DNA of 61,280 nt, counting the filler. It is 3 parts of 3 records of this genome, joined end to end, with 100 filler letters (N's around TTAATTAATTAA, not from the genome) between each part and the next. Parts side by side here need not be neighbours in the genome. Positions count along the whole stretch, not along the records: positions 27,697 to 53,349 come from SRR20825019_2375; 2 more parts are not named here. One strand, written 5' to 3'. The translations under genes were made by a program, and so were the position numbers. The notes under the pieces are model-generated. The model was given only the letters and a program-made list of their open reading frames with translations, made no database searches and was not told the DNA's origin. Each line of letters starts with the position of its first letter. Position 1 is the stretch's first letter. Shown here piece after piece: positions 41,843 through 52,232 of this stretch.

Positions 41843-44671
41843 ATGCTTAATGAAATATATAGTATTATAAACAAGGAACAATATAAGAAGAATAGCGATA
41901 AAGCATATGTTGTATTTTGTAAAATCCATGGCAATTTTTCTTTAGACAAACTTTCTAAAATAGAAATTAATAACATAGTTAATGATCTTAATTTAAATAT
42001 TGATACTATATTTAATTTTGCAGCAAAAAAGGGTCATGTTCATATCATGAAATACATAGTAAACTTTTCTATAGATGAAATGGACCTATTTAATCTTATT
42101 AACTTAAATATAAATAATGCTTTTATTGATTCTTCAAAAAATGGTCACCTAGAAATCATGAAGCACTTGATTTATTTAGGTCAAATGTTTCATCTAAATA
42201 TCAATGATATTATTCACTTTAAAAACGATTACCCATTTATGGTAGCTGCTGAGGAGGGAAAAATTGAAATATTAAAATATTTGGTTGAAATAACTTGGGA
42301 CCCCGAAGTTAGAAATAAAATGATTCATGCAAAAGATAACAGACCGTTTTTTCTCGCTGCTGGATCGGGATATAAGAATATATTAAAATATTTATTAGAA
42401 ATTACTCCAGAATTTGAAAAGAAAGAAGAAATGATTCATGACAAAAATGATAGTTCATTTATAAATGCAGCTCAAGAAGGAAAAATCGAAATATTAAGAT
42501 ACTTAGTAGAATTATCACCATCTCAATATAAAATAAACTTAATGATCCGCTCAAATAATTACTCCTCTTTAATTTCTGCTGCCCAAAATGGCAACATAGA
42601 AGTTTTAAAATTTATTTTTGAATTGATCCCAGATAAGACTTTTAAAGAAAAACTACTTATCAAGGATGATTATAGTCTATTCAGAGCTGCATCCATGAGT
42701 GGAAATAAAGAGGTTATAGAATATTTAATAAATATAGATGGAAATTCTGAAATTAAAGAGAATATGATTCACTCTCTATCTGATGCACCATTCTGCATGG
42801 CTGCTGAAAAAGGAAATTTAGAAATACTAAAATATTTTCTAGATCTCACACTTGATACTACTTCAAGAGAAAATATGATACATTCTTATGAAAATTATCC
42901 TTTTATCATTTCATGTAAAGTTGGGCACCTTGAAGTAGTTAAATATTTTCTAGAACTATCTATAGATGAAGATGTTAAAGAAAAGATGATACATGCTCAA
43001 AATGATATTGCATGTATGTATGCAGCTCAAGAAGGAAATATAGAAATACTAAAATATTTATTTGATTTAACTCATAATTTTGAAACTAAAAAGAATATGC
43101 TTTACTCTAATCAATTCTATGGATTTAGAATGGCTTTAGCTAATGGTCATTTAAATGTATTACAATACTTATTAGAGATAGCTGATTATTACAATTTTGA
43201 TAAAGAGTTTATTTTACACTCAAATTACGATGACATATTTATCGAAGCTGCTGGAATAGGAAATATAGATATCATGAAATTTTTACTTGACAGTACCAAC
43301 GATACTACAATTAGAAAAAAAATGATACATGCAGATGAAGATCATGCATTTAAATTTGCAGCTCAAGAAGGAAAATTAGATATCTTAGTATTTCTTATGA
43401 ATTTAAATATGAGTGAAACTGAAAAAGAAGATATGATTCACTCTCAAAATGATTTTGCTTTCATTATATCAGCTGAAATAGGTCATATAGAAGCAATTAA
43501 ATATTTACTTGAAAATACAAAAGATTTTGAATTAAGAGAAAAAATGATTCACGCTCAAAGTGATTATGCTTTCACAAGAGCAGCCCGAGGGGGTCATATA
43601 GATGTAATGAAATATTTACTTGATCAAATTCCTAATTTAGAGGATAAAGAACTAATGATTCATGCTCAAAATGATTATGCTTTTATGTATGCATGCCAAG
43701 AAAATCATAAAAATATTATTAAATTTCTATTAGATTTAACTCAAGACCAAAATACTCGAAAAAAAATGATCAATAATTACAATTACTATGCTTTCAGAGG
43801 TGCAGCCATAAAAGGCCACAAAAATATTATGAAATATATAATTGAATTAAATAAAATCTACTATGGTGTTAATGAAGAAATGATTCATGCTTATGAAGAC
43901 TATGTTTTTAGAACTGCATCAGAAGATGGAAAGTTAGAAATTTTAGAGTATTTGGTAGAATTAACACCTAGAGCTGACACAAGAAACAAAATGATTCATA
44001 GTTGTAACAACTATGCTTTCTATATAGCTGCTGAAAATGGACACATAAAGGCACTACAATATTTATTATCTTTAGTTAAAGGTCAAAATAACATAGATAT
44101 AATGATTCATGCTCAAAATGATCTATCCTTTGTAAAAGCATCAGAAAAAGGAAATTTAGATATAATGATTTTTCTTTTAAAGTTAACAACAGATAATAAT
44201 TTAAGAAGCAAAATGATTCATGCTCAAAATGATGCTCCTTATTTTAATGCATATAGTAACGGTCATACCAGTATTTTAAAGTATCTATGTAATCTTGAAC
44301 CATTTTACCCATGGCCAGAATTTGACGATCAAGAATTAAATATTAATTTAGATTTTTATAAAAATATTGATATTTTATCTTTGAAAAATATCTCTATCTC
44401 TTGTAAAAACTTATTTAATGAATCATTTAATGCTGAACCTAATTATGAATTTAATAATAGTTTAACTAATATCCCTTTAGATTCAATTTATATAATTACT
44501 AAGAATCTATGCAAAATTAACGATAATAAAATTCCTTACATGGAATGTGCTATTAAAGCATTTGTTTTTAATGAACATGATTATAACTCGCATTTTGAAG
44601 GGTTTATCTTAAGATACGAAAATTTTATTGAAGAAATAGGAAATAGAGATTTACCCATAGATTTCTATTAG
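41843..44671 (+). CDS. Ankyrin-repeat protein (~21 repeats of ~37 aa) with a conserved C-terminal domain; candidate secreted effector
   Basis: Repeat consensus MIHAQNDYAF..AA..G.LEILKYLLEL; C-domain shared with the ORF at 3..446. Confidence 0.9.
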   Translation: MLNEIYSIINKEQYKKNSDKAYVVFCKIHGNFSLDKLSKIEINNIVNDLNLNIDTIFNFAAKKGHVHIMKYIVNFSIDEMDLFNLINLNINNAFIDSSKNGHLEIMKHLIYLGQMFHLNINDIIHFKNDYPFMVAAEEGKIEILKYLVEITWDPEVRNKMIHAKDNRPFFLAAGSGYKNILKYLLEITPEFEKKEEMIHDKNDSSFINAAQEGKIEILRYLVELSPSQYKINLMIRSNNYSSLISAAQNGNIEVLKFIFELIPDKTFKEKLLIKDDYSLFRAASMSGNKEVIEYLINIDGNSEIKENMIHSLSDAPFCMAAEKGNLEILKYFLDLTLDTTSRENMIHSYENYPFIISCKVGHLEVVKYFLELSIDEDVKEKMIHAQNDIACMYAAQEGNIEILKYLFDLTHNFETKKNMLYSNQFYGFRMALANGHLNVLQYLLEIADYYNFDKEFILHSNYDDIFIEAAGIGNIDIMKFLLDSTNDTTIRKKMIHADEDHAFKFAAQEGKLDILVFLMNLNMSETEKEDMIHSQNDFAFIISAEIGHIEAIKYLLENTKDFELREKMIHAQSDYAFTRAARGGHIDVMKYLLDQIPNLEDKELMIHAQNDYAFMYACQENHKNIIKFLLDLTQDQNTRKKMINNYNYYAFRGAAIKGHKNIMKYIIELNKIYYGVNEEMIHAYEDYVFRTASEDGKLEILEYLVELTPRADTRNKMIHSCNNYAFYIAAENGHIKALQYLLSLVKGQNNIDIMIHAQNDLSFVKASEKGNLDIMIFLLKLTTDNNLRSKMIHAQNDAPYFNAYSNGHTSILKYLCNLEPFYPWPEFDDQELNINLDFYKNIDILSLKNISISCKNLFNESFNAEPNYEFNNSLTNIPLDSIYIITKNLCKINDNKIPYMECAIKAFVFNEHDYNSHFEGFILRYENFIEEIGNRDLPIDFY

Positions 44672-44717
44672 TTTTATATAAATATTAATAATTATTTTAA
44701 AAATTAAATATTTATGC

Positions 44718-44746
44718 TTGACAGGTGATGCATTAGTGTGTATTTT
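44718..44746 (+). promoter_or_regulatory. Sigma70-like promoter
   Basis: TTGACA (44718-44723), 17-nt spacer, TATTTT (44741-44746). Confidence 0.6.
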
Positions 44747-44751
44747 GCCTG

Positions 44752-44804
44752 CTGCATATGTCCTCCTAAATTAGCTACCTACTTAATTGTAGGTAGCTTT
44801 TTTT
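44752..44804 (+). ncRNA. Candidate ~50-nt small RNA with an anti-SD motif (UCCUCCU)
   Basis: Lies between a near-consensus promoter and a perfect intrinsic terminator; locally GC-richer than its flanks. Confidence 0.4.
44773..44804 (+). terminator. Rho-independent terminator
   Basis: AGCTACCTAC-ttaatt-GTAGGTAGCT perfect 10-bp stem followed by a T run. Confidence 0.85.
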
Positions 44805-44826
44805 ATTTCCTTCACATCTTAGTATC

Positions 44827-45969
44827 ATGATATATAGCAATAAAGAGATTTTAAATATAGCTATCAATCACAGACAAAATTTACACCAAATCCCAGAATT
44901 AAGTAATAAAGAATTTAAAACTGCAAGTTATTGCAAAGAAATCTTATCTAAAATTGGTTACAAAATTACAAATATTTGGCAAGAAGGTTTTATAGCGGAT
45001 CTTGATTTAAATAAATCTAAAACTATAGCTTTTAGAGCTGATATGGACGCTCTACCTATTATAGAAGAAAATAATCTTAAATATAAATCTAAACATAAAG
45101 GAATTTCACATGCATGTGGACATGACTCTCATATGTCTATAATGCTCACACTTGCAGAATTAATAGAAAAAAATAAAAAAAATATTAATAGTAATATTCG
45201 ATTCTTATTTCAGCCAGCAGAAGAAATATACCCAGGAGGAGCTAAATTCATGATAGAAAATGGAGCATTAAATGAAGTAGATTTAATATTTGGCCTTCAT
45301 AACAACCCCCTTTTAGAAATAGGTGTTGTAAAATGTATTTTAGGAAACGTAACTGCAAGCTGCGATACATTTGATATAAACATTATAGGAAAAGGCGGTC
45401 ATGCTTCTTCACCTCATACTGCTTTAAATCCTACAAGTATTATTCCTATTGTTACAAATGAAATAAATCTTATAAAACAAAAATCACTACCTGCATTTGA
45501 TAATAGCCTTATAAATGTAACTAACATAGTATCTAATTCTAATCTACATAATGTAATAACAAATAATGCATCTCTACAAGGCATTATAAGAAGCTTTGAT
45601 AAAAAAAGTAGAAAGATAATTATTAATAAAATTAAAGAAATATTATCAGCTATAGAAATATACGGATATAAAACTTCTATTAATATAGAAAGTAGCTATC
45701 CTTCAATCATAAATAAAGAAAAAGGATATAATTATTTAAAAAATGCTATAATTAATACTAAAAATATAGAAATTGATAAAAATAACTTACCAGAATTTTG
45801 GGGAGAAGATTTTAGTTATTATCTTGAAAAAATAGATGGAGCATTTTTAATAATTGGTAGCGGTAATAAAGATAAAAATATCACAAACCCTCTTCATTCA
45901 CCAAAATTCGATATTGATGAAAGCTATATGCAAATTGCTGTTAAAATATTTTTTGAGCTATTAAAATAG
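44827..45969 (+). CDS. M20D family amidohydrolase
   Basis: LHQIPELS..E..T, FRADMDALP, HACGHD, FQPAEE, GKGGH, GEDF, LHSPKF. Confidence 0.92.
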   Translation: MIYSNKEILNIAINHRQNLHQIPELSNKEFKTASYCKEILSKIGYKITNIWQEGFIADLDLNKSKTIAFRADMDALPIIEENNLKYKSKHKGISHACGHDSHMSIMLTLAELIEKNKKNINSNIRFLFQPAEEIYPGGAKFMIENGALNEVDLIFGLHNNPLLEIGVVKCILGNVTASCDTFDINIIGKGGHASSPHTALNPTSIIPIVTNEINLIKQKSLPAFDNSLINVTNIVSNSNLHNVITNNASLQGIIRSFDKKSRKIIINKIKEILSAIEIYGYKTSINIESSYPSIINKEKGYNYLKNAIINTKNIEIDKNNLPEFWGEDFSYYLEKIDGAFLIIGSGNKDKNITNPLHSPKFDIDESYMQIAVKIFFELLK

Positions 45970-46003
45970 AAAAAGGCCTGCAAAAATAGTATTACAGACC
46001 TTT
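45970..46003 (-). terminator. Intrinsic terminator downstream of the HU gene (possibly bidirectional)
   Basis: Minus strand AAGGTCTGTAA...TTGCAGGCCTT with G-U pairs, then a T run, between convergent genes. Confidence 0.65.
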
Positions 46004-46023
46004 ACTAAGAATAACTTATTAAG

Positions 46024-46299
46024 TTATCTATTAACTGCTTGCTTAAGCTTTTGACCAGCTCTAAAGCCAGGTCTCTTATGAGCAGCTATTTTCATTGATG
46101 CTCCTGTCTGAGGATTTCTACCTTCTCTTGCAGAAATTTCAGTCACTCCAAAACTACCGAAACCTATAAGTTGTACAGATTCGCCAGTTGATAAAGCTTG
46201 AGTAACAGCATCAGTAAAGGTTGATACAACCTCACCTGCTTGCTTCTTAGACAAATTATTCTTAGAAGCGATGAGATCAATAAACTCATTTTTGTTCAT
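46024..46299 (-). CDS. hup: DNA-binding protein HU
   Basis: MNKNEFI, VQLIGFGSF, AREGRNPQTG, FRAGQKLK; AGAGG RBS. Confidence 0.96.
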   Translation of the reverse strand: MNKNEFIDLIASKNNLSKKQAGEVVSTFTDAVTQALSTGESVQLIGFGSFGVTEISAREGRNPQTGASMKIAAHKRPGFRAGQKLKQAVNR

Positions 46300-46517
46300 A
46301 ATCTTACCTCTTGTGATTAAAACTACAGCATGACCATAGTATATTTCTCGGATTAATCAATTTCTTTCTTATAAAAAAGCCATTTTTTATTAAATAAAAT
46401 AAAAAAACTATGACATAATGATGTTTTTGCTGTAATTTTTGTAAAATAATATATATTGAAGATTCCTTTAAATATAGGTTTATTAAATAATTTTCATAAA
46501 AAAAATAAAATATTTAT

Positions 46518-47861
46518 ATGTTTCAATCATTATCAAACAATTTATCAAGAATTTTTAAAGATTTAACATCAAAAGGTGCTCTAACTGAATCAATGATTAA
46601 AGAATCTATGAGAGAAATTAGAATAGCATTACTTGAATCTGATGTTGCTCTTGATGTTGTAAAAGATTTCATAAATAAAGTTTCAGAAAAATCATTAGGT
46701 GAAAAAGTGCTTAAGTCAATTTCACCAGGACAATTAATAACTAAAATTGTACATGATGAACTTGTAGAAATATTAAAAAGTGATAATAATGATGATCTTA
46801 GATTAAACAAAAATGCTACATCAAGCATATTAATGCTTGGCCTTCAAGGTACTGGAAAAACTACAAGTTCTGCAAAAATTGCTAATTATCTTAATAAAAC
46901 TAATAAAAAAATATTATTAGTTTCACTTGATACTTATAGACCGAGCGCGCAAGAACAACTTGAAATACTAGCTAAACAAATCGGAGTTGATTCCCTTGAA
47001 ATAAACAAAAACGAAAAACCAATTGAAATTGTTAAAAGAGCTAAAAATAAATTAAAAGAAAATTATTATGATGTAGTGATTTATGACTCTGCAGGAAGGC
47101 TTCACATAGACAGTAAAATGATGGATGAATTAATTAAGATAGATAATTTAATATCTCCAGAAGAAAAATTACTTGTAATCGATTCTATGTCTGGACAAGA
47201 TGCAATTAACTCAAGCAAAGCTTTTAATGATAATATTAAAATCACAGGGCTTATTTTAACTAAAATTGATGGAGATTCTAAAGGAGGTGCAGCTTTAAGT
47301 GCAAAACATATTACAAATACTCCCATAAAATTTGTAGGATCAAGTGAAAAAATTGATGGTCTTGAAAAATTTGATCCAGAAAATATTGCATCAAGAATTC
47401 TTGGTAAAGGAGACGTCGTAAGTTTAGTAGAAAAGGCTCAAGAAATATTTGATAAGGATGAATCAGAACAACTAACTAAAAAACTTCAAAAAGGTACTTT
47501 TGATTTTAAAGATTATTATTCACAACTAAATATGGTAAACAAAATGGGAGGACTAAGTGGAATATTGAATTATTTACCTAAAACTGGACTTTTATCAAAA
47601 TTAGGTGGATCCCAATCAAATGAAGCAGAAGATACTATTAAAAAACATCAAGCTATTATTAATTCAATGACTACAAGAGAAAGAAATCTATCTGATAATA
47701 TAAATGCATCAAGAAAAATCAGAATAGCAAATGGATCAGGAACTAAACTCCACGAAGTTAATAAACTTTTAAAAGTCATCACAAATATGAATAAAATTAT
47801 GAAAAAAGCAAAAAATATGAAAAATCTGTCTAGTAATAATTTTTTAAATAGATTTATGTAA
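46518..47861 (+). CDS. ffh: Signal recognition particle protein
   Basis: REIRIALLESDV, GLQGTGKTT, DSAGRL, TKIDGDSKGGAALS, SRILGKGD, SRK.RIA.GSG. Confidence 0.96.
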   Translation: MFQSLSNNLSRIFKDLTSKGALTESMIKESMREIRIALLESDVALDVVKDFINKVSEKSLGEKVLKSISPGQLITKIVHDELVEILKSDNNDDLRLNKNATSSILMLGLQGTGKTTSSAKIANYLNKTNKKILLVSLDTYRPSAQEQLEILAKQIGVDSLEINKNEKPIEIVKRAKNKLKENYYDVVIYDSAGRLHIDSKMMDELIKIDNLISPEEKLLVIDSMSGQDAINSSKAFNDNIKITGLILTKIDGDSKGGAALSAKHITNTPIKFVGSSEKIDGLEKFDPENIASRILGKGDVVSLVEKAQEIFDKDESEQLTKKLQKGTFDFKDYYSQLNMVNKMGGLSGILNYLPKTGLLSKLGGSQSNEAEDTIKKHQAIINSMTTRERNLSDNINASRKIRIANGSGTKLHEVNKLLKVITNMNKIMKKAKNMKNLSSNNFLNRFM

Positions 47862-47924
47862 TATGTTGCTCTTTAGTCAGAAATCTGCTAATAAAGAGCT
47901 ATAATAAAGTAAAAATAAAATATT

Positions 47925-48125
47925 ATGTCTAAAGCTAAAGTTGCATCAAGAAATAATCCCTCTGCAAGGGAAAAAACTAAAGAATTCAAGCATAATGGCA
48001 AGGTAATAAAACCTGTTAAGCTCATAACACAAAATTCAACATTTTTTGGAGCTGAATATGAAAATGGTGAACTAGTAACTGGCCCAAATGGAACCCCTCT
48101 TCCATGGAGCACAGCTATAGTTTAA
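47925..48125 (+). CDS. Small hypothetical protein (66 aa)
   Basis: ATG start, balanced composition and host-like codon usage in an otherwise AT-only intergenic space. Confidence 0.7.
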   Translation: MSKAKVASRNNPSAREKTKEFKHNGKVIKPVKLITQNSTFFGAEYENGELVTGPNGTPLPWSTAIV

Positions 48126-48282
48126 TAATTATATAAACTAGAAAATTGTAATAAATAAGAATATTAATATAACTTTAAATATCTAGTATATATTTATCAA
48201 TTAGAATAACTAAATAGGAAAATAAACAAGTGACTTTGTTATAAATTAAATTCTTGAATGTTCCTAATAGTTTATAGTTTTA

Positions 48283-50091
48283 TTATTTTCCGCCCTCCTT
48301 TAAAGCTTCAATAAAGACTGAGCTCGGTATTTCTACGTTACCAAAATTCTTCATTCTTTTTTTACCTGCTTTTTGCTTTTCTAAAAGCTTTCTTTTCCTT
48401 GAAATATCTCCACCATAACATTTAGAAAGTACGTCTTTCCTTAAAGCTGGTATAGTTTCTCTTGCAATTATCTTTGATCCAATAGCAGCTTGAATTGGAA
48501 CTTGAAATAATTGTCTTGGAATTAATTCTTTTAATTTTAAACACATTGCTCTTCCTCTAGATTCTGCTCTTGTTTTATGCACAACCATAGTAAGAGCATC
48601 AACTGCATCTGAATTCACAAGTATATTAAGTCTAACTAATTGTCCTATTTGATAATCATCTATCTTCCAGTCAAAACTTGCATATCCTTTACTACATGAT
48701 TTAAGTTTATCATAAAAATCAAATACTACTTCATTTAAAGGCAATCTATAGACTATAAGCACCCTAGCTCCTACATATGAAAGATTAACCTGTATCCCCC
48801 TTTTTTCAGTACATAATTCTAAAACATTTCCTAGATATTTATCTGGTACCATAATATTAGCTATGAGCCACGGCTCTTTTATATGCTCAACCAAGTGCAT
48901 TTCTGGTAAATCTGAAGGACTATGAATAGTTAATTCAGTACCATCTTTAAGTAAAACTTCATAAACAACGCTTGGAGCTGTAGTAATTAATTCTAGATTA
49001 TATTCTCTCTCTAGCCTTTCTTTTACAATTTCTAAATGTAATAAACCTAAAAAACCACATTTAAATCCTAAACCTAAAGCTTGTGAAGATTCATTTTCAT
49101 ATTCAATGCTTGCATCATTTAACTTAAGTTTTGCAAGCGAATCTTTTAAATGTGCATATTCTGATGCATCAAGAGGATAAAGGCCGCAAAATACTACTGC
49201 TAAATTTCTTTTAAACCCTGAAAGTGCTTCTTTGCATGGCTTTGCATCTTCTGTAATAGTATCACCCACCCTACAATCAGATAGATTTTTTATAGATGCT
49301 GTTATAAAACCTACTTCACCAGAAATTAATTTATCACTAATATTTTTTTTAGGTGAAAAATATCCAACATTATCAACTACATATTTTACCCCTGAAGACA
49401 TCATTCTAATTGACATACCTTTTGAAATTTTGCCTGAGTAAATTCTTAGTAATATAACTACACCTAAATAAGGATCATACCAGCTATCTATTAAAAGAGC
49501 TTTTAACTCTCTATCATTTAAAGCTTTGTTAGGAGCAGGAAGATATTTTACTATTGATTCAAGTAGTTCTTTTGTACCTATTCCCTGCTTTGCAGAAATT
49601 AAAATTTTATTTGAAGTATCAATACCAATAACTTCTTCAATTTCATTTGCAACTTGATCAGGTTCTGCAGCTGGTAAATCAATTTTATTAATTACTGGAA
49701 TAATTTCATGATCACGCTCAAGAGCTAAATACAAATTTGCTAATGTCTGGGCTTCTACTCCTTGACTTGCATCTACAACTAAAATAGATCCTTCACAAGC
49801 AGATAAAGATCTACTTACCTCGTATGTGAAATCAACATGACCAGGTGTATCAATTAGATTTAACTGATACATATTTCCATCATCTGCCTCATAATTTAGT
49901 CTAACTGTTTGGGCTTTTATAGTAATTCCTTTCTCTTTCTCAAGATCCATCGAATCAAGTACTTGATTTTGCATCTCTCTTTCTGTAAGCCCCCCACAAT
50001 ATTGAATCAATCTATCTGAAAGAGTGGATTTACCATGGTCAATATGTGCAATTATTGCAAAATTTCTAATATGTTTTATTTTGTCACTCAT
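48283..50091 (-). CDS. lepA: Elongation factor 4
   Basis: [51 protein letters not shown]. Confidence 0.98.
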   Translation of the reverse strand: MSDKIKHIRNFAIIAHIDHGKSTLSDRLIQYCGGLTEREMQNQVLDSMDLEKEKGITIKAQTVRLNYEADDGNMYQLNLIDTPGHVDFTYEVSRSLSACEGSILVVDASQGVEAQTLANLYLALERDHEIIPVINKIDLPAAEPDQVANEIEEVIGIDTSNKILISAKQGIGTKELLESIVKYLPAPNKALNDRELKALLIDSWYDPYLGVVILLRIYSGKISKGMSIRMMSSGVKYVVDNVGYFSPKKNISDKLISGEVGFITASIKNLSDCRVGDTITEDAKPCKEALSGFKRNLAVVFCGLYPLDASEYAHLKDSLAKLKLNDASIEYENESSQALGLGFKCGFLGLLHLEIVKERLEREYNLELITTAPSVVYEVLLKDGTELTIHSPSDLPEMHLVEHIKEPWLIANIMVPDKYLGNVLELCTEKRGIQVNLSYVGARVLIVYRLPLNEVVFDFYDKLKSCSKGYASFDWKIDDYQIGQLVRLNILVNSDAVDALTMVVHKTRAESRGRAMCLKLKELIPRQLFQVPIQAAIGSKIIARETIPALRKDVLSKCYGGDISRKRKLLEKQKAGKKRMKNFGNVEIPSSVFIEALKEGGK

Positions 50092-50181
50092 TTAATTTAA
50101 TGTAGATTTATGGCATAATGCTGCTTGAAGCATTAATACTGTTAATATATAAGTTATTCATTACTTAGCAAGGATATTGAT

Positions 50182-51289
50182 ATGAAACAAAATATAGATA
50201 TTATAATTGAAGAAATCGAGCAAGACTTATCATTGCTCAAGAGGTCTCTTTGACATTTCTTCACTTGAAAATAGACTTAATGAAATTGAGAAGATAATCC
50301 ATGATGCTTCTTTTTGGGATAATCAGTATGAATCTTCAAAAATACTCAAGGAAAAAAAATTATTAGAAAATAAACTTCTTAATTATAAAAATTTAAATAT
50401 AAAATTCAAAGACGCTAAAGAGCTGAAAGAACTTGCACTTATAGAAGAAGATGCAGAAATTATTAATGAAGCTGATAAATCAATAATAGCAATTTCAGAA
50501 GAAATTAAATCATTCAAAACTCAATGTTTATTTAATGGAGAAAATGATATAAATAATTGCTTTATTGAAATTCATTCTGGTGCTGGTGGAACTGAAAGCG
50601 ATGACTGGTCTATGATACTACTTAGAATGTATTTAAGATTTGCTCAGAAAATGAATTTCAAATCTGAAATTGTTGACCAAATGAATGGAGATGAAGCAGG
50701 TATCAAATCAGCTTGTATTAAAGTAAGTGGTGAATTTAGTTATGGATGGTGTAAAACTGAATCTGGAGTTCACAGACTTGTTAGAATCTCACCCTTTAAC
50801 TCAGCCGGAAAAAGAATGACTAGTTTCTCAAGCATTAAAGTATATCCAGATATTAACGATAATATAAACTTAGAAATTGATCCAAAAGATTTAAGAATAG
50901 ATACATATAGATCCTCAGGTGCTGGAGGCCAACATGTTAATACAACAGACTCAGCCGTTAGAATAACTCATATACCTACAGGAATAGTTACTCAGTCCCA
51001 ATCTGGAAGATCTCAGCATAAAAATAAAGAAGAAGCTATGAAAATGCTAAAATCTAAAATTTATGCTTACGAAATTAAAAAGCGTGATGATGAAAACAAA
51101 AAAAATTCTCCTGTTAAAACAGATATTGGATGGGGATACCAAATTAGATCATATGTATTAGCTCCATATCAAATGGTAAAAGATTTACGAACTGGCTACG
51201 AAACTTCTGATGTTGAAAAAGTACTAGATGGTGAACTTAAAAAAATGATATCATCTAGTTTATCTATTGATAAACATAATAAAAGTTAA
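50182..51289 (+). CDS. prfB: Peptide chain release factor 2 with a programmed +1 frameshift, join(50182..50250,50252..51289)
   Basis: MKQNIDIIIEEIEQDLSLLKRSL then CTT-TGA-C at 50248-50254 preceded by an internal AGAGG; the +1 frame has SPF and GGQ motifs. Confidence 0.95.
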
Positions 51290-51300
51290 AATTAATAAAT

Positions 51301-52230
51301 ATGAGTCAATTACTGGAATTAAAAAATTTTAAATATTTAAAAAAATATAATATAGAAATAGTCGCTCCCTCCTCTAAAGAAGCAGACTGTGAAGAAAAAC
51401 TTAAGAAAATTTATACTATTTTAACTAATTTTGGATTAAAATTTAGTGTAAATAATAATATCTTTTCAGATAATTGTCTGCCTTTTTACTCAAATAGCTT
51501 AAAAGAAAGAACAAAATTTATCAAACAGTCTCTAAATAAAAAAACAAAATCTATATTATGGGCTTATAAAGGTGGTTATGGAGCAAGAGAAGTTGCTGAA
51601 AAACTTAAAAATAATAAAATAAATAATGATAAAATTCTAATAGGATTTAGTGACATTACAGTATTGCATTCATATTTAAATAATAATTTTAATATACCAT
51701 CAATTCATGGACCAAATATAAACTCACTAATAAATGATGAAAATATAATTTATGATATTGAAAATATTCTATCATCTCAAAAATCTGAATATGATTTAGA
51801 ATTAATCAATGAAGGTAGTATTTTTAAGCAAAATTTAAATAATATAATTAATTCTAAAATAACTGGAGGTAACTTAACAATTTTAAATAATCTAAAGGGT
51901 TCAAATCTTGAACCTAATTTTAATTCTAGAATAGTATTTCTTGAAGATATTAACCTCAAAAGTTATGCGATAATGAGGGCTTTAACTGAAGCACATTTTA
52001 GTGGGGCTTTTAAAAAAATTAAAGCTTTTATATTTGGAGAATTTACTACTTCTTGTAAATATGTAGATATAACAATTAAAGATTTTATAAATAATTACTA
52101 CAGGAAAGTTCCTGCATTTAGAGTCAAGAATATTGGACATTCAAAAATTAACAAACCCATCATTTTAAACGCTAATTCAATCTTATCATTTAATAAAATT
52201 GAAGTTCTTAACCCTTTTTATACTAAATAA
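51301..52230 (+). CDS. ldcA: LD-carboxypeptidase (S66 family)
   Basis: VAPSS, GGYGA, IGFSDIT (Ser), GGNL, FLED (Glu), IGH (His). Confidence 0.88.
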   Translation: MSQLLELKNFKYLKKYNIEIVAPSSKEADCEEKLKKIYTILTNFGLKFSVNNNIFSDNCLPFYSNSLKERTKFIKQSLNKKTKSILWAYKGGYGAREVAEKLKNNKINNDKILIGFSDITVLHSYLNNNFNIPSIHGPNINSLINDENIIYDIENILSSQKSEYDLELINEGSIFKQNLNNIINSKITGGNLTILNNLKGSNLEPNFNSRIVFLEDINLKSYAIMRALTEAHFSGAFKKIKAFIFGEFTTSCKYVDITIKDFINNYYRKVPAFRVKNIGHSKINKPIILNANSILSFNKIEVLNPFYTK

Positions 52231-52232
52231 AA

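Noticed and set aside
42200-44290. Recurring ATGATTCATGCTCAAAATGAT at ~111-nt spacing resembling a CRISPR or DGR array
   Set aside because: These are in-frame coding repeats of the ankyrin protein; they are degenerate, and no cas or reverse transcriptase gene is nearby
633-51959. Short antisense ORFs inside housekeeping genes (e.g. 2205, 6439, 18301, 21834, 31356, 46523, 47888)
   Set aside because: Shadow ORFs opposite well-supported genes
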